Part shown: positions 24,561 to 37,305 of the stretch, piece by piece
How the letters are laid out: each line of letters starts with the position of its first letter
Numbering within the stretch: the first letter of the stretch is position 1
From: Chiloscyllium plagiosum
Lineage: Eukaryota
Assembly (NCBI RefSeq): GCF_004010195.1
Contig: NC_057722.1
Span: forward strand, 45,341,557-45,405,556
Direction: 5' to 3'
Length of the DNA stretch: 64,000 nucleotides
Position numbers and translations under genes: made by a program
Notes under the pieces: generated by a model
The model's database searches: none
What the model was told of the DNA's origin: nothing
Seen by the model: the letters and a program-made list of their open reading frames with translations, nothing else

Positions 24561-27500
24561 AATAGTATCATTAGACTGTGTGAATCAATATATTCACAAA
24601 GTAGTAGAAATTAATCAGAATAAAAGATCTTGGAAAAATAATCAAATGCACTTTAACTAGGGTATTTAGATGGGAATATTGATGAATTACATACTGTTAG
24701 AAATTTAGACCACAATAACAACAACAAAGAGGATGTAGGGATCTGGTTTATGAAGAGTGATATTATGACTGATACAGTCAAAAATCTATGCTGTGATCTG
24801 CTGGGTCTCTTCAGTATTTTGCTCTCTTGAAAGTTAGCAAATATATCCAAACAGTTGCACATGTTTTAAAAGATATTCTCCTTGAATTAAACAAACTTGG
24901 TTGTTCTTGTATGTATTACCCTGAGTCATAGTACAGTTTATCTCACAGGAAGCAGTTTTTGGGGATTTGCCTCATAGAATACCAACACAATGCATAATCC
25001 ATTTTGTTGTAAGGTTGTTTGATTTTTGTGGACAGGTCTTTGTTAATGTAATTTGTCTATGGTTTGTGATCAAAGTTACATATTTCTTATTATGGTTCCA
25101 TGTAACATATTTTAGAAATAATCAAGGGCCAGAAGACCGCGAGTGCAATTTTTGTCAGCATAAATTCAAGGGTAAAGTCTGGTGATACTGACTATATTCA
25201 TTCTGAGACAGAAACAGCATGCAACTTTGCTCACCCACACATAAATGAGATGTCAATGTGATATTCACGTTTTGCATAGCTAATTGCTGGAAGAAGCACT
25301 GACAGAAATATAAATTGTGTATGTAAAGCAAAAGAATAACTTATCTCACCTGGTAAGTTTTTTTATAGTAGAGCTTCCCTACTGAATATTGTTACGATCA
25401 GGTGAGGGCTTGAAGGGCTCCTGTTTTTCTCTCTCTTTCCTTGACCATAATAGGTTCTTTTTAGATAAAGCTATCTTTGCCAATTTATTTATTATCTACT
25501 TAGCTATGCATATGCTGTAATGATAAATAACTAGTCAAATAGGTTTTCCTTGAGCTTTAACAAAGAAATAACTTAATTTTATGTTGCTAAAACGAACTTG
25601 GAAAAAAAATAATAAAAGTAAACTCTGATGTTCAAATACACATGCACACACACTTATATTTGAAGTTCATACACACAAATATAGGTTACAGAGGAGGGGA
25701 GAATAGATCTGGCCAAATTATATTTGGTAAAAATAAGTTCATAACTCATTGCCTGGAGTCTCTACCAGCTGCATGCAGACTCTACTGACCTCATTCTCAA
25801 TACTTAGGCAGTTTAGAGCTGTAGCTGAGCTTTAATCTTCCTGAAGATGCTGCGCTGGAATTGAATTTTTCTTATAAAAGCCTCTGGCTACTGTAAAATG
25901 GACACAAAGTCAAACTAATAGTCAGGGTTGAAGCTTGTTAGTGGGTTGGAGATTGTGATAGAGACGATGTTCCCTTTAAACCAAACCGCTAGTCCACCTC
26001 TTCAGAGAAAAATCAAGTGCTGAACTACACATAAGAACTCTCCAACTGCCAGTAATTTAAACATAATTGAATATTCCAAATATAAATTGTTTAAATCAAG
26101 ACTACAATGTCCAAGCAATCAGCCTTTGCATGGGTCATTTTCAATTGTTGAACACTGTAGGTAACATCCATAGATCCCTTACTGATAACGAAGGAAGGAA
26201 GGTTGTTTACAATCCCCAGGGGAGCCATCCTCTTTGATATATTTTGCAGACTTACTGTCTCCTCCCAGAAGGGCTGGAGTTTGGAAAACATAGTCATGTA
26301 AATTAGAGTCAGCAATCTGGTTGTGAGTTAAAATCTTTTATATCAACAACAGTCTATTTCAACTTCATGCATCCAACCAGTGAACCAATATTCAATATAA
26401 AAGACATCTTCATTACATTGTGGACGCCTGTTTAGAACAGAGTATATATTCTGTAAATGAAAATGTGTAAAATGACATTGTGACCAAATAATCAGACTAC
26501 ACTCATTTATGTTTTACTCTGGGTACTTGAAATAACTCAGTAATTGGATGAGAAGAATAGTCACAAATCTTATCACAAGCAAACTCAACACCTTTATCAT
26601 ATTTGCATTCCACTGAAGTGGGGCAGAGCCAGAGACCCTCCTCTGCCCCACCAAATCTACATGGTTGAACATCCGTGAACAAACTCCTTATTTCTGGAGT
26701 TATCAATGGAAGGATTATGTGTGGAAATCACTCCTACTGAGTTCAAAAACCACACAAACTATTTACTAATTATTACAAACAAAAATAACACTTTCTCTGA
26801 TTTTATGGACAATGTGGACAATATAGACAGAGGTATAGCTGCCACTTGTCAAAGTTGGCTGCCAGGGTTGTCACTCGTCAATTCACATTGATTCATTCAA
26901 TAATTGATTATGAAAACATAAATGATCACACACTAACAATTACAATTAATAATAGATTATGTTAAACTAACTGCTTTAGAATCAGAGGCTTAATAAATAT
27001 TTTGATCATGTCCAAACGAAACCTAAAAAATCTCCACAAATGGCTTTCTAATAAAAATACTGTATTCTTTTACCTTGATACGATCCATTCTGAAAACATC
27101 TCAGCAATGAACCTGTTTCAACTGAATACTTCCAGCCAAATCACATAATTGATTATTTGTTATGTCAATGCAGAGCTTAAAAAACATCAAAGTTATATCA
27201 TGCTGTGAAATAGCAAGTTGGAGCTGCCTGTTTTGCTCAGTGAAATTAACTATGACATTTTTAGCTGGTAATAATGTTCTGCTGCAAATTCAGCACTGCA
27301 ATGCATGTTGCTTAAATTGGCCAGTTAGCTTGTTGTAGCACTGAAAGGTTTCTAATTCAGGAAAAGGGGCCTATGGTTCATTGCTGAAACTGTTGATTTT
27401 GACTGGTACATTTCCTATAATTTATCATAATGTAGCTTTCATTGTGCCAGTTCTATAAAGTACAATAAATAAAAATCATTTTTCAAAGCTCTAACTTTCT

Positions 27501-28369
27501 GAGTAAATCTGTATTAAAAAATGAATGCTGATTGGCGCACAGCATTAAAATTGGGCCCTCTCCCTTTTGTGGTTTTGATTGGCAAGTAACACGTTTCTCG
27601 TAAATTTACTTTTTAAAAGTTCAATAAAGAAACAAATTATAGATGCTCTTTGGTTAATCTGACTTAAAGTTTGATTGATACTGTTCCACAAATCAATTGT
27701 TCTGAGCAGGTCTGTGCTGGTCCTGACCAGAATTTTGATCAGGATAAAAGACTGTTTTTGTCAATAATTTTAGAGTTGCAATTCAGAAGTGATAGTTTAT
27801 TAAACAAAACAGGCTGAACTCACGATCTGCTTACAACCTTTAATATAATGTTGTTTTATTTGTCTCAGAGGTATACTCTGCAGCTCTTTGAAGGAGAGTT
27901 TAATTTTGAACAATGCTGCTCCATTCTTGTCACTATAGTAACAGCTTATCCTTTTCCAATCTGTTACCATCATTATACTTTGTTTCTGATGAGATACTGA
28001 TGTCCTTTGAAAGAGAAACCTGGAAGACATCTTAACTTATGTTACTTAATAACCTGGCACAATTAATTTCACCTTAAAGATCATAGGCACTCCTTTAGGA
28101 GAGTTTTGAGGCAGATCCAGTTTCTGGGACAACATGTCCTAAAAGCTCAATTTCACAACCTACAACAACTACTGCTAACACTCCGACCTCAGAGTGATCT
28201 ATTCCAATCTGAATATTCTTAAGTATTTTCCAAACCCCTCCATCTTGGCAATAATTTTCTCTCCTCCCTGTTCTTCTTCACAGTTTGCTTGCTAGATGTT
28301 TTATAAGCACTTCTTCACACATCCAGCTTGCCAAATATGTAACTGTACCCATCATCCCAAGCTCTGAAA

Positions 28370-28718
28370 TCTGGTTATCTGGTCATGTCTTTCATTGTTG
28401 CTAATGTGGGACATGCAGTGTACAATGTACTGCCTGGGAGGGTAGTTGAGGTGGGTAACCACATAAACTTTAAAAAGTACTTGGATGTCAAACATTCAAG
28501 GCTATGTGCCTAGTGGTGAAAGGTGGGACTAGTATAGGTTGTAGTGTCCTTTTGGAGTACACTGAATAGGCTAAAGGACCTTCTCTATACTGTGTCATTC
28601 TATCATTTTAAGCTGTTTGCCATATTTCCCCACATAGCAACAGGACTTAATTGACTGTGAAACACTTTAGGATGTTGAGGTCATGAAAGGTGCCAAATAA
28701 ATGTTTGACCTTTCCTTT
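28370..28718 (+). mobile_element. SacSINE1-like Deu-SINE 3' half, split by a CR1 tail fragment (~28425-28605)
   Basis: ttatctggtcat...ttgctaatgtggga, then ttgactgtgaaacactttaggatgttgaggtcatgaaaggtgcc, resembles the recalled Deu-SINE 3' region. Confidence 0.55.
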
Positions 28719-29299
28719 GTTCCCTTAATGCCTCCTTCAATATCATTAAAAGAAATATTGAAGTGTAATAAATTTAATTTGCTGTGGAACTCCACAAATA
28801 ATGAAGCATTAATGGCAGGCCTGTTATCATAAATAATGCCAATGTGAATATTTGAGATGGAGGAGGAGCAGTAGAATAAATTGCAATCTGGCACATTTAT
28901 GTCAAGGAACAAGGCAATTCCTTCACCCTGACAGCAGCATCATTTGGGGTTTATCTCCCAATGAAGGCCAACGAGTGAGTGTCGCCTGAGCCAACTTGAT
29001 AAATGTTTTTACGTTAACAAGATTAGAATAAAATTACGTTTTAGTTTAAGCTTCAATCAGGATACCTGCAAGCTTCTGAATAATTAAACTAATCCTTTCT
29101 TAATGAATCATTAAGGAAGATTTCAGATAGTGTTATGCACTTAATGATCAGTTGTTTAAAAAAATCAAAATTCAGGGGTGAAATCAGATACATGAATATC
29201 TAATGTATATGAAAATATGAAATTAGAGTTACCAAGCAATCTAAACCACAAATCATTGATGCACTGACTTCCATTAGAAAATAAGTAGCCTGCATACCC

Positions 29300-29463
29300 T
29301 TTATATCAGTAATTTATGAGTTCAAATCCCAGGCCAGAATTTTCAATACAAATCGAGGCCAGCACTCCAGTGATGTATTGAGGGAATGCTACACTGCTGG
29401 ACGTTGTCACCTTTCAGGTGAGATGTGAAACTGTAGCCCTGTCGATCTATTCCGTTGGATGTA
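29300..29463 (+). mobile_element. SacSINE1-like Deu-SINE 5' part
   Basis: B-box gagttcaaatcc, then gtattgagggaatgctacactg...tttcaggtgagatgtgaaac (Deu-domain-like). Confidence 0.6.
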
Positions 29464-30654
29464 TTTATTCACATAGGCTGTTTTTTGTTGGGCCAATGGG
29501 TTCTCGCCCACTGGAATCCCCATCAGTTCCATGGGAAAGCCTGATAGAATCAAGTGTCTGTCAGGCACTTAAGAGACATCATTAGGCATCCTCAAACCTT
29601 CCCATAGTCCAGGACCCCAGCAGGGGAAATCCCACCAGCATCTATGCTTTGTTACCAGTACCAGCAGGTAGGTATTTAATGAGGCAAGTTTCTCCTGTGA
29701 AGAAACCCTGCAAAACAAAATTAGTGCAACTGGCTCATCATCAAAGGAACATAGAATTCAGCCCTGAGTATTACATCTAGCAGTAATCAGAGCTCAAAGG
29801 TTCTATTATTGAGATTATTGTTACATGAGGTTGGTGACAGTTAAAAGCAATTTCAGTTTCCACTCAGTACTCATAGCATAATTCTTTTATTTACAATTGT
29901 TTCCCTATTATCAGCTGTCAAAAAGCACCTTCTTTTTAAAAGGCAGCGGCTGTCTTTAACTGATATTAGAGACCCAGTCCCCAAACAGGTAACAGTATCC
30001 ATATTGCAGGCTGCATGCCAGATCCATGACAACGAACAGACACCATAAATAATGTGTTGCCTGAGACACTGATAGGCATGTGCCGAGTGCATGCTGCTCC
30101 TTTGTATCTGGTTTTTTTGGGGCAGAATTGAATTTCTAGGCCATAATTATCACTTGGTTTTCATCAACAATCAATATTACAAAGTCTTCAAATCAAGTTT
30201 GGTTGGTGGAAGAGAACTGGAGATTTCCCAATATATATTGGGATTTTCTAATAAACCTTTTCATGATGATTTAAGAATAAATCCCTAATACCTTCTGGGG
30301 ACTCCATTATAGGTGAAGTTAAATTAATGGATGAAGAATTTCCTAACTCAAACTTATTGCTTTTTTCAAGTATCCTTTTCTAGTCAATTGGATTAGTCTT
30401 AGACTTCAGTGAGCTGTTAGAACCTGAGCTGCTGGCTTGCAATAATAAAGCTGGCATTATTTTCAGCACTCCAGAATAGATATCACTAGAGTGAGCAGCT
30501 TGAATTTTTTTTAAGAATTTTGTTTTGCACCAACTACTTCTGCAATTCTTTTCTTTTCCCTCTCCTATTTCACATGTCACTCCTATTCTGATTGATCACA
30601 CTTCTCCAAGTCTTCCTGTCAGACACCGATGTCTCTTCCAATCCCACTTTGTTT

Positions 30655-31985
30655 AAGTCTTTCACCCCAAGGTCTCCTAATTTAGCAACACACCCCAAGA
30701 CCCTACCACTATTGTATAAGTCCTGCCTTGGTTTGCTCGAACAAATTCAACATCTCACATTTATCTAAAATAAACTCCATCTGCCCCTCCTTGGTCCATT
30801 GGCTCATCTGATTAAAATTTCATTGTACTCTGAGGTAATCTTCTTCACCCTCTAATACACCACATATTTTGGCGTCACCTATGAACTTAATAACCATACC
30901 TCCTATATTCAAATGCAAATAATTTCCATAAATGATGAAAAGCAGTGGACCCAGCACCAATCCTTTTGGCACAAGCCTCCAGTCTGGAAAACAACACTCT
31001 ACCACCACCCTCTTGTCTTTTACCTTCAAGCCAATTTTGTATCCAATTGGCTAGCTCCCTATGCATCCCATGTGATCTAATCTTACTAACCAATCTACCA
31101 AGTGGAACCTTATCAAAGGCCTTGCTAAAATCTACATACATAACATGTGACACTCTGCCTTCATCTATGTTCTTAGTCATGGGGCAGCACAGTGGCTCAG
31201 TGGTTAGCACTTCTGCCTCACAGCACCAGGGTCCCAGGTTTGATTGTGCGGAGTTTGTACATTCTCCCCTTGTCTGCGCGGGTTTCCTCCTGGTGCTCCA
31301 GTTTCCTCCCACTGTCCAAAGATGTGCAGGTCAGGTGAATTGGCCAAGCTAAATTGCCCATAGTGTCAAATGCATTAGTCAGAGGTAAATGGGTCTGGGT
31401 GGGTTACTCTTCGGAGGGTCAGTGTGGACTGGTTGGACCAAAGGGCCTGCTTCCAAACTGTAGGGAATCTAATCTAATCTAATCTAATCACCTCTTCAAA
31501 ATCTCAATCAAGTTTGTGAGATAGGATTTCCCACATAGTAAGACATGCTGACTATCCCTAATTCGTCCTTGCCTTTCCAAATGTAAGTAGATCCTGTCTT
31601 TCAGAATCTCCTCCAAACATTTGCCCACTACTGATGTCAGGCTCATTGGTCTGTAGTTCAGTGGCTTTTCATTGCAGCCTTTCTTAAATAAAAGCACAAC
31701 ATTACCCACTCTCCAGTCTTCCGGCACCTCACCCATGACTCTCCATAATAGAAATATCTCTGTTAGGAGCCCCGCAATTTCCTCCCTAGCTTCCCACAAT
31801 GTTCTGGGATACATTTGATCAGGTTTGGGGGATTTATCTATCTTTATGCATTTTATCCAGCACCTCCGCTTCTCTAATGTGCACTCTTTTCAAGACATCA
31901 GTATTTATTTCCCCATGTTTCCTAGCTTCCATGTCTTTCTTCACAGTCAATACTGATGAGAAATATTCATTTGGGATCTCACGCA
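30655..31985 (-). mobile_element. CR1 LINE RT fragment with nested HE1 SINE
   Basis: NYRPMSLTSVVGK, YVDFSKAFDKVP, PKGLVLGPLLF. Confidence 0.9.
31181..31488 (+). mobile_element. HE1-type V-SINE
   Basis: tRNA-like head (gtggctcagtggttagcac), V-domain gggtttcctcc..gtgctccagtttcctccc, CR1-like tail and (AATCT)n. Confidence 0.88.
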
Positions 31986-32207
31986 TTTAAGGGCATGGAA
32001 TACTTATTTTAACTTCATCTAATTTTGATTTAGTTACTCAACTGTGTAATGTGTTTGGAGACCAGTGCTTGAGGCCTGGACACTGGCAATATTCTAGATG
32101 GTGTTAACTTTGTGATTACTTACACTTTCTTATTGCAGTGATCTTCAGGACTGGTTTTCCATTTTCAGGAAATGGTGCATTTCAGCTTCATTATTCAATG
32201 CTGGCAA

Positions 32208-32516
32208 TGGGGAGGCAATGGCCTAATGGTATTATTGCTAGACTATTAATCCAGAAACTCAGCTAATGCTCTGGAGATCTGGATTCAAATCCCAACATGG
32301 CAGATGATTGAATTTGAATTCAATAAAGAATATGGAGTTCTAGTGATGACCATGAATCCATTGCCGATTGTTGGGAAAAACACATCTGGTTCACTAATGT
32401 CCTTTAGGGAAGGCATCCTTACCTGGTTTGGCACACACACGATTCCAGACCCACAGCCATATGGTTGACTCTTAACTGCCCTCTGAGCAATTAGATGGTC
32501 AATAAATGCTGGGGCC
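32208..32516 (+). mobile_element. tRNA-derived SINE with LINE-shared tail
   Basis: A-box tggcctaatgg, B-box gattcaaatcc, tail caataaatgctgg. Related pieces lie at 43300-43430, 58135-58238 and 62380-62590. Confidence 0.7.
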
Positions 32517-32800
32517 TTGGAGGGAAGAAAGTGGGGAGGTGTGGGCGCAAGTTTTGCATTTCTTGCGGTTGCAGGGGAAGGTGCTGGGAGTGGAGGTTGG
32601 GTTGGTGGGGCGTGTGGACCTGACAAGGGAGTCACGGAGGGAGTGGTCTTTTTGGAATGCTGATAGGGGAGGGGAGGGAAATATATCCCTGGTGGTGGGG
32701 TCCGTTTGGAGGTGGCGGAAATGACGATGGATGATATGATGTATATGGAGGTTGGTGGGGTGGTAGGTGAGGACCAGTGGGGTTCTGTCCTGGTGGAGAG
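32510..32800 (-). mobile_element. PLE internal fragment
   Basis: DRTPLVLTYHPTNL...RDIFPSPPLSAF...CNRKKCKTC, homologous to 5620-5870. Confidence 0.9.
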
Positions 32801-33067
32801 GGATATGGGGAAGTGTTGGCAAAATTGACAAGATTAGGTTAGGGAATCAGGTCGACATGGACAAGTTGAACCAGAGGGTCCGTTTCCGTGCAGTACATCT
32901 CTATGAATCTATGTCTATATAATGAAGGGCATCAAGTGAAACACCTTCATAACCGCCCTGTCTATATATGAAGAAAACTTCAAAGAATTATGCATGAAAC
33001 CCTAGGTTGCTCCGTTCTACAACACTACTAATGGCTCAACATTTAATTATATATGTGTTTTTTTTAA

Positions 33068-33421
33068 GAGAAAGTGAGGACTGCAGATGATGGAGAACAG
33101 AGCTGAAAATGTCCCCCCACCTTGTCTCAGTCCCAACCCTCGGACTCAGCACCACCTTCCTAACCTGCAGTCTTCTTCCTGACTTCTCTGCCCCCATCCC
33201 CACTCCGGCCTATCACCCTAATCTTATCACCCTCACCTTAACCTTCTTCCACCTATCGCATTTCCAACGCTCCTCCCCCAAGTCCCCCCTCCCTACCTTT
33301 TATCTTAGCCTGCTTGGCACATTCTCCTCATTCCTGAAGAAGGGGTCATGCCCGAAATGTCGATTCTCCTGCTCCTTGGATGCTGCCTGACCTGCTGCGC
33401 TTTTCCAGCAACACATTTTCA
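33068..33421 (+). mobile_element. PLE 3' end with short inverted pseudo-LTR piece
   Basis: Starts with the inverted tail gagaaagtgaggactgcagatg...gctgaaaatgt, followed by a C-rich 3' region and a pLTR with degenerate hammerhead ctgaagaagggg...gaaatgtc. Confidence 0.85.
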
Positions 33422-34311
33422 CCTAATTTACTGGAGCCTATTTATGATGTATGTATAATTCTGAAATAAATATAAAAAAATCAGGTTGAAAATTTTCAGC
33501 ACATAGCCATCTTTCTGACTTCCAAACACCACCAGAGAAAAAGTAACCAGCTGACATACAATCCACCTGAGAAGTCTCCTTTCATTTTTGAAACTTGTGT
33601 TTGAATTCAGTCAAGCCTTAAAAGATAAAAGCTTCTCCTCTTTGATGCTGTAATAGTTCTAAATAAAATTGATACTAGTCTGTCTGACAGATTCAGAGTT
33701 TTTCTTCTTTTGTTTGGTGTCATCCTCCAGTTCGGGCAAATCTAGGTCTGGGGTGACAATGGCCAAGGTCGCCATTCTTGCCTGTCAGTGATTAAAGCCT
33801 TGAAATGTATAAACGATGATCACAAAAAAACCTGATCCTGCAGCTGATACTATGAGCTCAGCAATTTCTGGACCTGTTGCTACATAGGAAACATGTCAAA
33901 TAATTTTCTATGGACTACTTGTTATCTCTTGGTGGGGTTCTTTCGCCAAGGCCAAAGAGACAGGCCCAGGGTCAAAGACAGAGCAATGTGAGGGCCACAT
34001 TCTATAGGCCAGGGAACAGAAGGCACTGTCCAGGGTTGGGAATGGGGCTGAACTTGATGGACACACAATTGTGAAAAGGTGTCCATGATCCGGGATCCCC
34101 CCTTCACTTTTCTTCTGGGGCTCAAACAGCTTAACTTGCTGGCAATCTTCCCCAAAATCATCCAGTCCCAGTCCCTGAACTATTCCCATCAGCCTGAAAA
34201 TTGCAGCTGGATGTAAAGCTGCCCTTAGCTAACCATTAATTGGTCACTTAACCAAATTAATTGAGGTGAAGATAGGCTGGCATAGAGCTTGCTTTGCCTT
34301 TGTAAAATTGC

Positions 34312-34515
34312 CAGAAGTCACACAATGCCAGGTTATAGTCCAATAGGTTAATTTGAAATCATAAGCTTTCAGAGTGCTGCTCCTTTAACACTTCACCTTA
34401 CAAAGTAGCAGCAGTTCAAAAGCTTGGGATGTCAAATAAAGCTGCTGGACTGTAACCTGGTGTCATGTGACCTCTGAATTTGTCCACCCCAGTCAAACAC
34501 CAGCAACCCCACATT
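34312..34515. mobile_element. Old PLE fold-back mini-insertion (same group as 23436)
   Basis: Degenerate inverted arms gtcacacaatgccaggttatagtcca / tggactgtaacctggtgtcatgtgac. 13-bp TSD tttgtaaaattgc (34299-34311, 34516-34528). Confidence 0.75.
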
Positions 34516-35613
34516 TTTGTAAAATTGCTGCCCAGGTTGTGGGTTGGCATGTAGGCAGCAGGAAGGACACTTGTGGAACTTTACAGGGTTCCCTCCACCT
34601 AAAAATCCACTAGTGAGGAACCATGATATTTTTGTCAATAGTTCCACAAAAACCTGTACCAGAGTACATTCAAATTTTGTTGCCTGTAATGTTCAAACTC
34701 TGGAGTTGCTCTTCATAATGTAGATGCTTTTGTTGTAGAATGATTGTTCTTCTTTGCCATCAATTTCTTTCCAATTCTAATTTTTTTAGAAGTAGGGGCT
34801 AAAGCCTTTTCTCCAGGGTAATGTTATCTGAGAGTACAGTATAGAATATACTTATTCTGTAGCCTGCAGCAGCATTTGGAAGTAGAGAGTAGCATCTCTG
34901 TGAAGATATTATAGAAGGAGGAGGAAGTGATAGGATGATATCATCTTTTAGAATCTCTGCCAACTCTCACTCTAACTCCAAAACCTCCCACACCCAGTAA
35001 AACAAGGTCTGAGATCAGGATCTCACCTTTGCTGACATGCCACTGATTTTCTTTTAAAAAACCAATTACCCAAAGACATTGGGAGAAAAGGTTAAATGCT
35101 TAAAGTGCTCTGAAGAATTTGGTTTAAGCAGCTTATCCACTTAACTGTTGCAATGATAACCCTCACTGTGACAGAGATATTGTTGCACCAAATGAAAAAG
35201 TTATGGACAGCTGCCAAAACCATGTTGGTGATCCTGATGGGATTTTCCAAAGAGGCTGCAATCAAGCAAGTATGAGGAACGAGTTTCTGGAGAGTTATGT
35301 GGGAGGGAGAATTCATGTATTTACTCTACATTCCATATGGGTCATGCGTGATCAATCCTGCTGAACCACGTCCTACAAAGAAGTGTAGAAACTAATTCCT
35401 TTTTGGGCTTTTTCACTATTCTACTGAATTGATGGGAAAGCTTGAGTTACAGTTCTTATCAGGGCAGAAATGATAATGCATATGGACCCATATTTATATA
35501 TTTAAAGCTGCAATGGACAGGATGCAAATGGCTCAAGGACAAGGTAAGTAACATAGGCAATTGAAACTGCTTATCTCCTGTGTTTTCCCTAAGTGGACAG
35601 GATTAAAATCACC

Positions 35614-35777
35614 GAGGTGAAAACAATGACTGCAGATGCTGGAAACCAGATGCTGGATTAGTGGTGCTGGAAGAGCACAGCTGTATTCCTGATGAAGGGC
35701 TTTTGCCCGAAACATCGATTTTTCTGCTCCTCGGATGCTGCCTGAACTGCTGTGCTCTTCCAGCACCACTAATCCAG
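35614..35777. mobile_element. PLE fold-back mini-insertion with hammerhead motif
   Basis: Inverted arms ctggattagtggtgctggaagagcacagc / gctgtgctcttccagcaccactaatccag. CTGATGA-agggc-tttt-gccc-GAAA at 35689-35712. TSD caggattaaaatcacc / cagggttaaaatcacc. Confidence 0.88.
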
Positions 35778-36124
35778 GGTTAAAATCACCTCCATCTCCC
35801 ACCACCCCTGCAATCTGAAAACCAAAGATAATAATGGTCTGGTGTGCGCGGAAAAGAGAACAGAAGGAAGGGATGTTGAAAGACAACTGATGTGCCAATA
35901 GTGAAAGATATTTGGCTGAATAATCTCCAGACTGGTTAATTGAGAAGTGGAGGCCTTATTGCAGGTTGAAATGATCAACCCAGTAGTGTAAAGAAACACA
36001 ACATTATATATTAATAGAGGAAACAGTAGAAGCCTCACACAAGAAAAACGATGAGTAGTACCATTTTTCTCACTAATTATCAAGTAATTAATGCATCAAC
36101 TGCTTTCCTCCTCCCTTCATGCTT

Positions 36125-37305
36125 TGATTTGATTTATTGTAGTCACATGTACCTAGGTATAGTGAAAAGTTTTGTTTTGCAAGCAGTACAGGCAGATCAT
36201 AGCAAAAAAAGGGCATACAGTTCATAGGGTGCTTAATCAGAGCAAGGCATACAAGGTTTTACTGCTCCTCAGATGCTGTCTCAACTGCTGTGCTTTTCCA
36301 GCATCACTAATCCAGTTACAAGGTTATGGCTGCACAGGAAGTACATAAAAGCAAGGTTAACATTATCAAGATCAACATTAGCAAGATCAACATTAGATTT
36401 GAAGATAGAGAGATCTATTCAGCAGTCTAATAACAAAAGGGAAGAAGCTGTTCTTGAACCTGTTGGTGCTATGTTTAACCTTCTGTATCTTCTGCTTGGT
36501 GAAAGAGGTTGGAAGAGAGTATTACTAGGGAGGGAAGAGTCTTTGATATTGGCAGTCTTTTTGTAGCAACATGTGTAAATAGAGGCCATGGGTGGGAAAT
36601 TGGCTTTTGTGATGGTCTGGGCTGTGCACACAATTTTCTGTAGTTTCTTACGGTGCTGGGCAGAGTAGTTGCCACTCCAGGCCGTTATGCACCTGGATAG
36701 AATGCTTTCTATGGTGCATCTACAAAGGTTGGTGAGAGTCCCTATGGACATGAATTTCTTAAGCCACCTGAAGAAGAAGAAGCTTTGTTGTGCTTTCTTG
36801 ACCATTGCATCTACATGGGAGATCCAGGATATATTGTTGGTATCATCACTACCAGGAACGTGATACACTCGACCCTCTCCACCTCATTGATGTAGGTGGG
36901 GGGGTGTGTTCTCCTCCTTTCTTTCTGAAGTCAGTGATCAGTTCTTTTGTTTTGCCAAGAACGAGAGAGAGAGATGGTTATCATTGCACACAACACCAAA
37001 CGCACAGTCTCTGTGCTGTATTCTGACTCATTGTTGTTTGGTATCCAGTCTATCACGATGGTGTCATCAGCAAACTTGTGGATGGCTTTCATGCAGAATT
37101 TGGCTACACAGTCGTGGATGTACAGGGAGTACAATAGGGGGCTGATTATACATCCTTGCGGGGTGCCAGTCTTCAGGATTATCATAGAGGAGGTGCTGTT
37201 GTCTATCTTCTCTGATTGTGGTCTGTGGGTCAGGAAGCTGCACAGGGCAGAGCTGAGACTTAGATCTCAGAGTTTTGAGTTTAGTCTGTTCTGGGTAATG
37301 GTGTT
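36125..37305 (-). mobile_element. Rex1/Babar-type LINE 3' part
   Basis: TGTPQGCIISPLLYSLYIHDC, KFADDTIV, KKAQQSFFFFRWLKKF, CTIESILSRCITAW. Confidence 0.85.
36259..36316 (+). mobile_element. 58-bp PLE pseudo-LTR insertion
   Basis: ctgctcctcagatgctg...gcatcactaatccag, flanked by tacaaggtt (36250-36258, 36317-36325). Confidence 0.8.

Noticed and set aside
25390-26490. Possible solo LTR beginning tgttacgatc
   Set aside because: No convincing right end or TSD could be defined.
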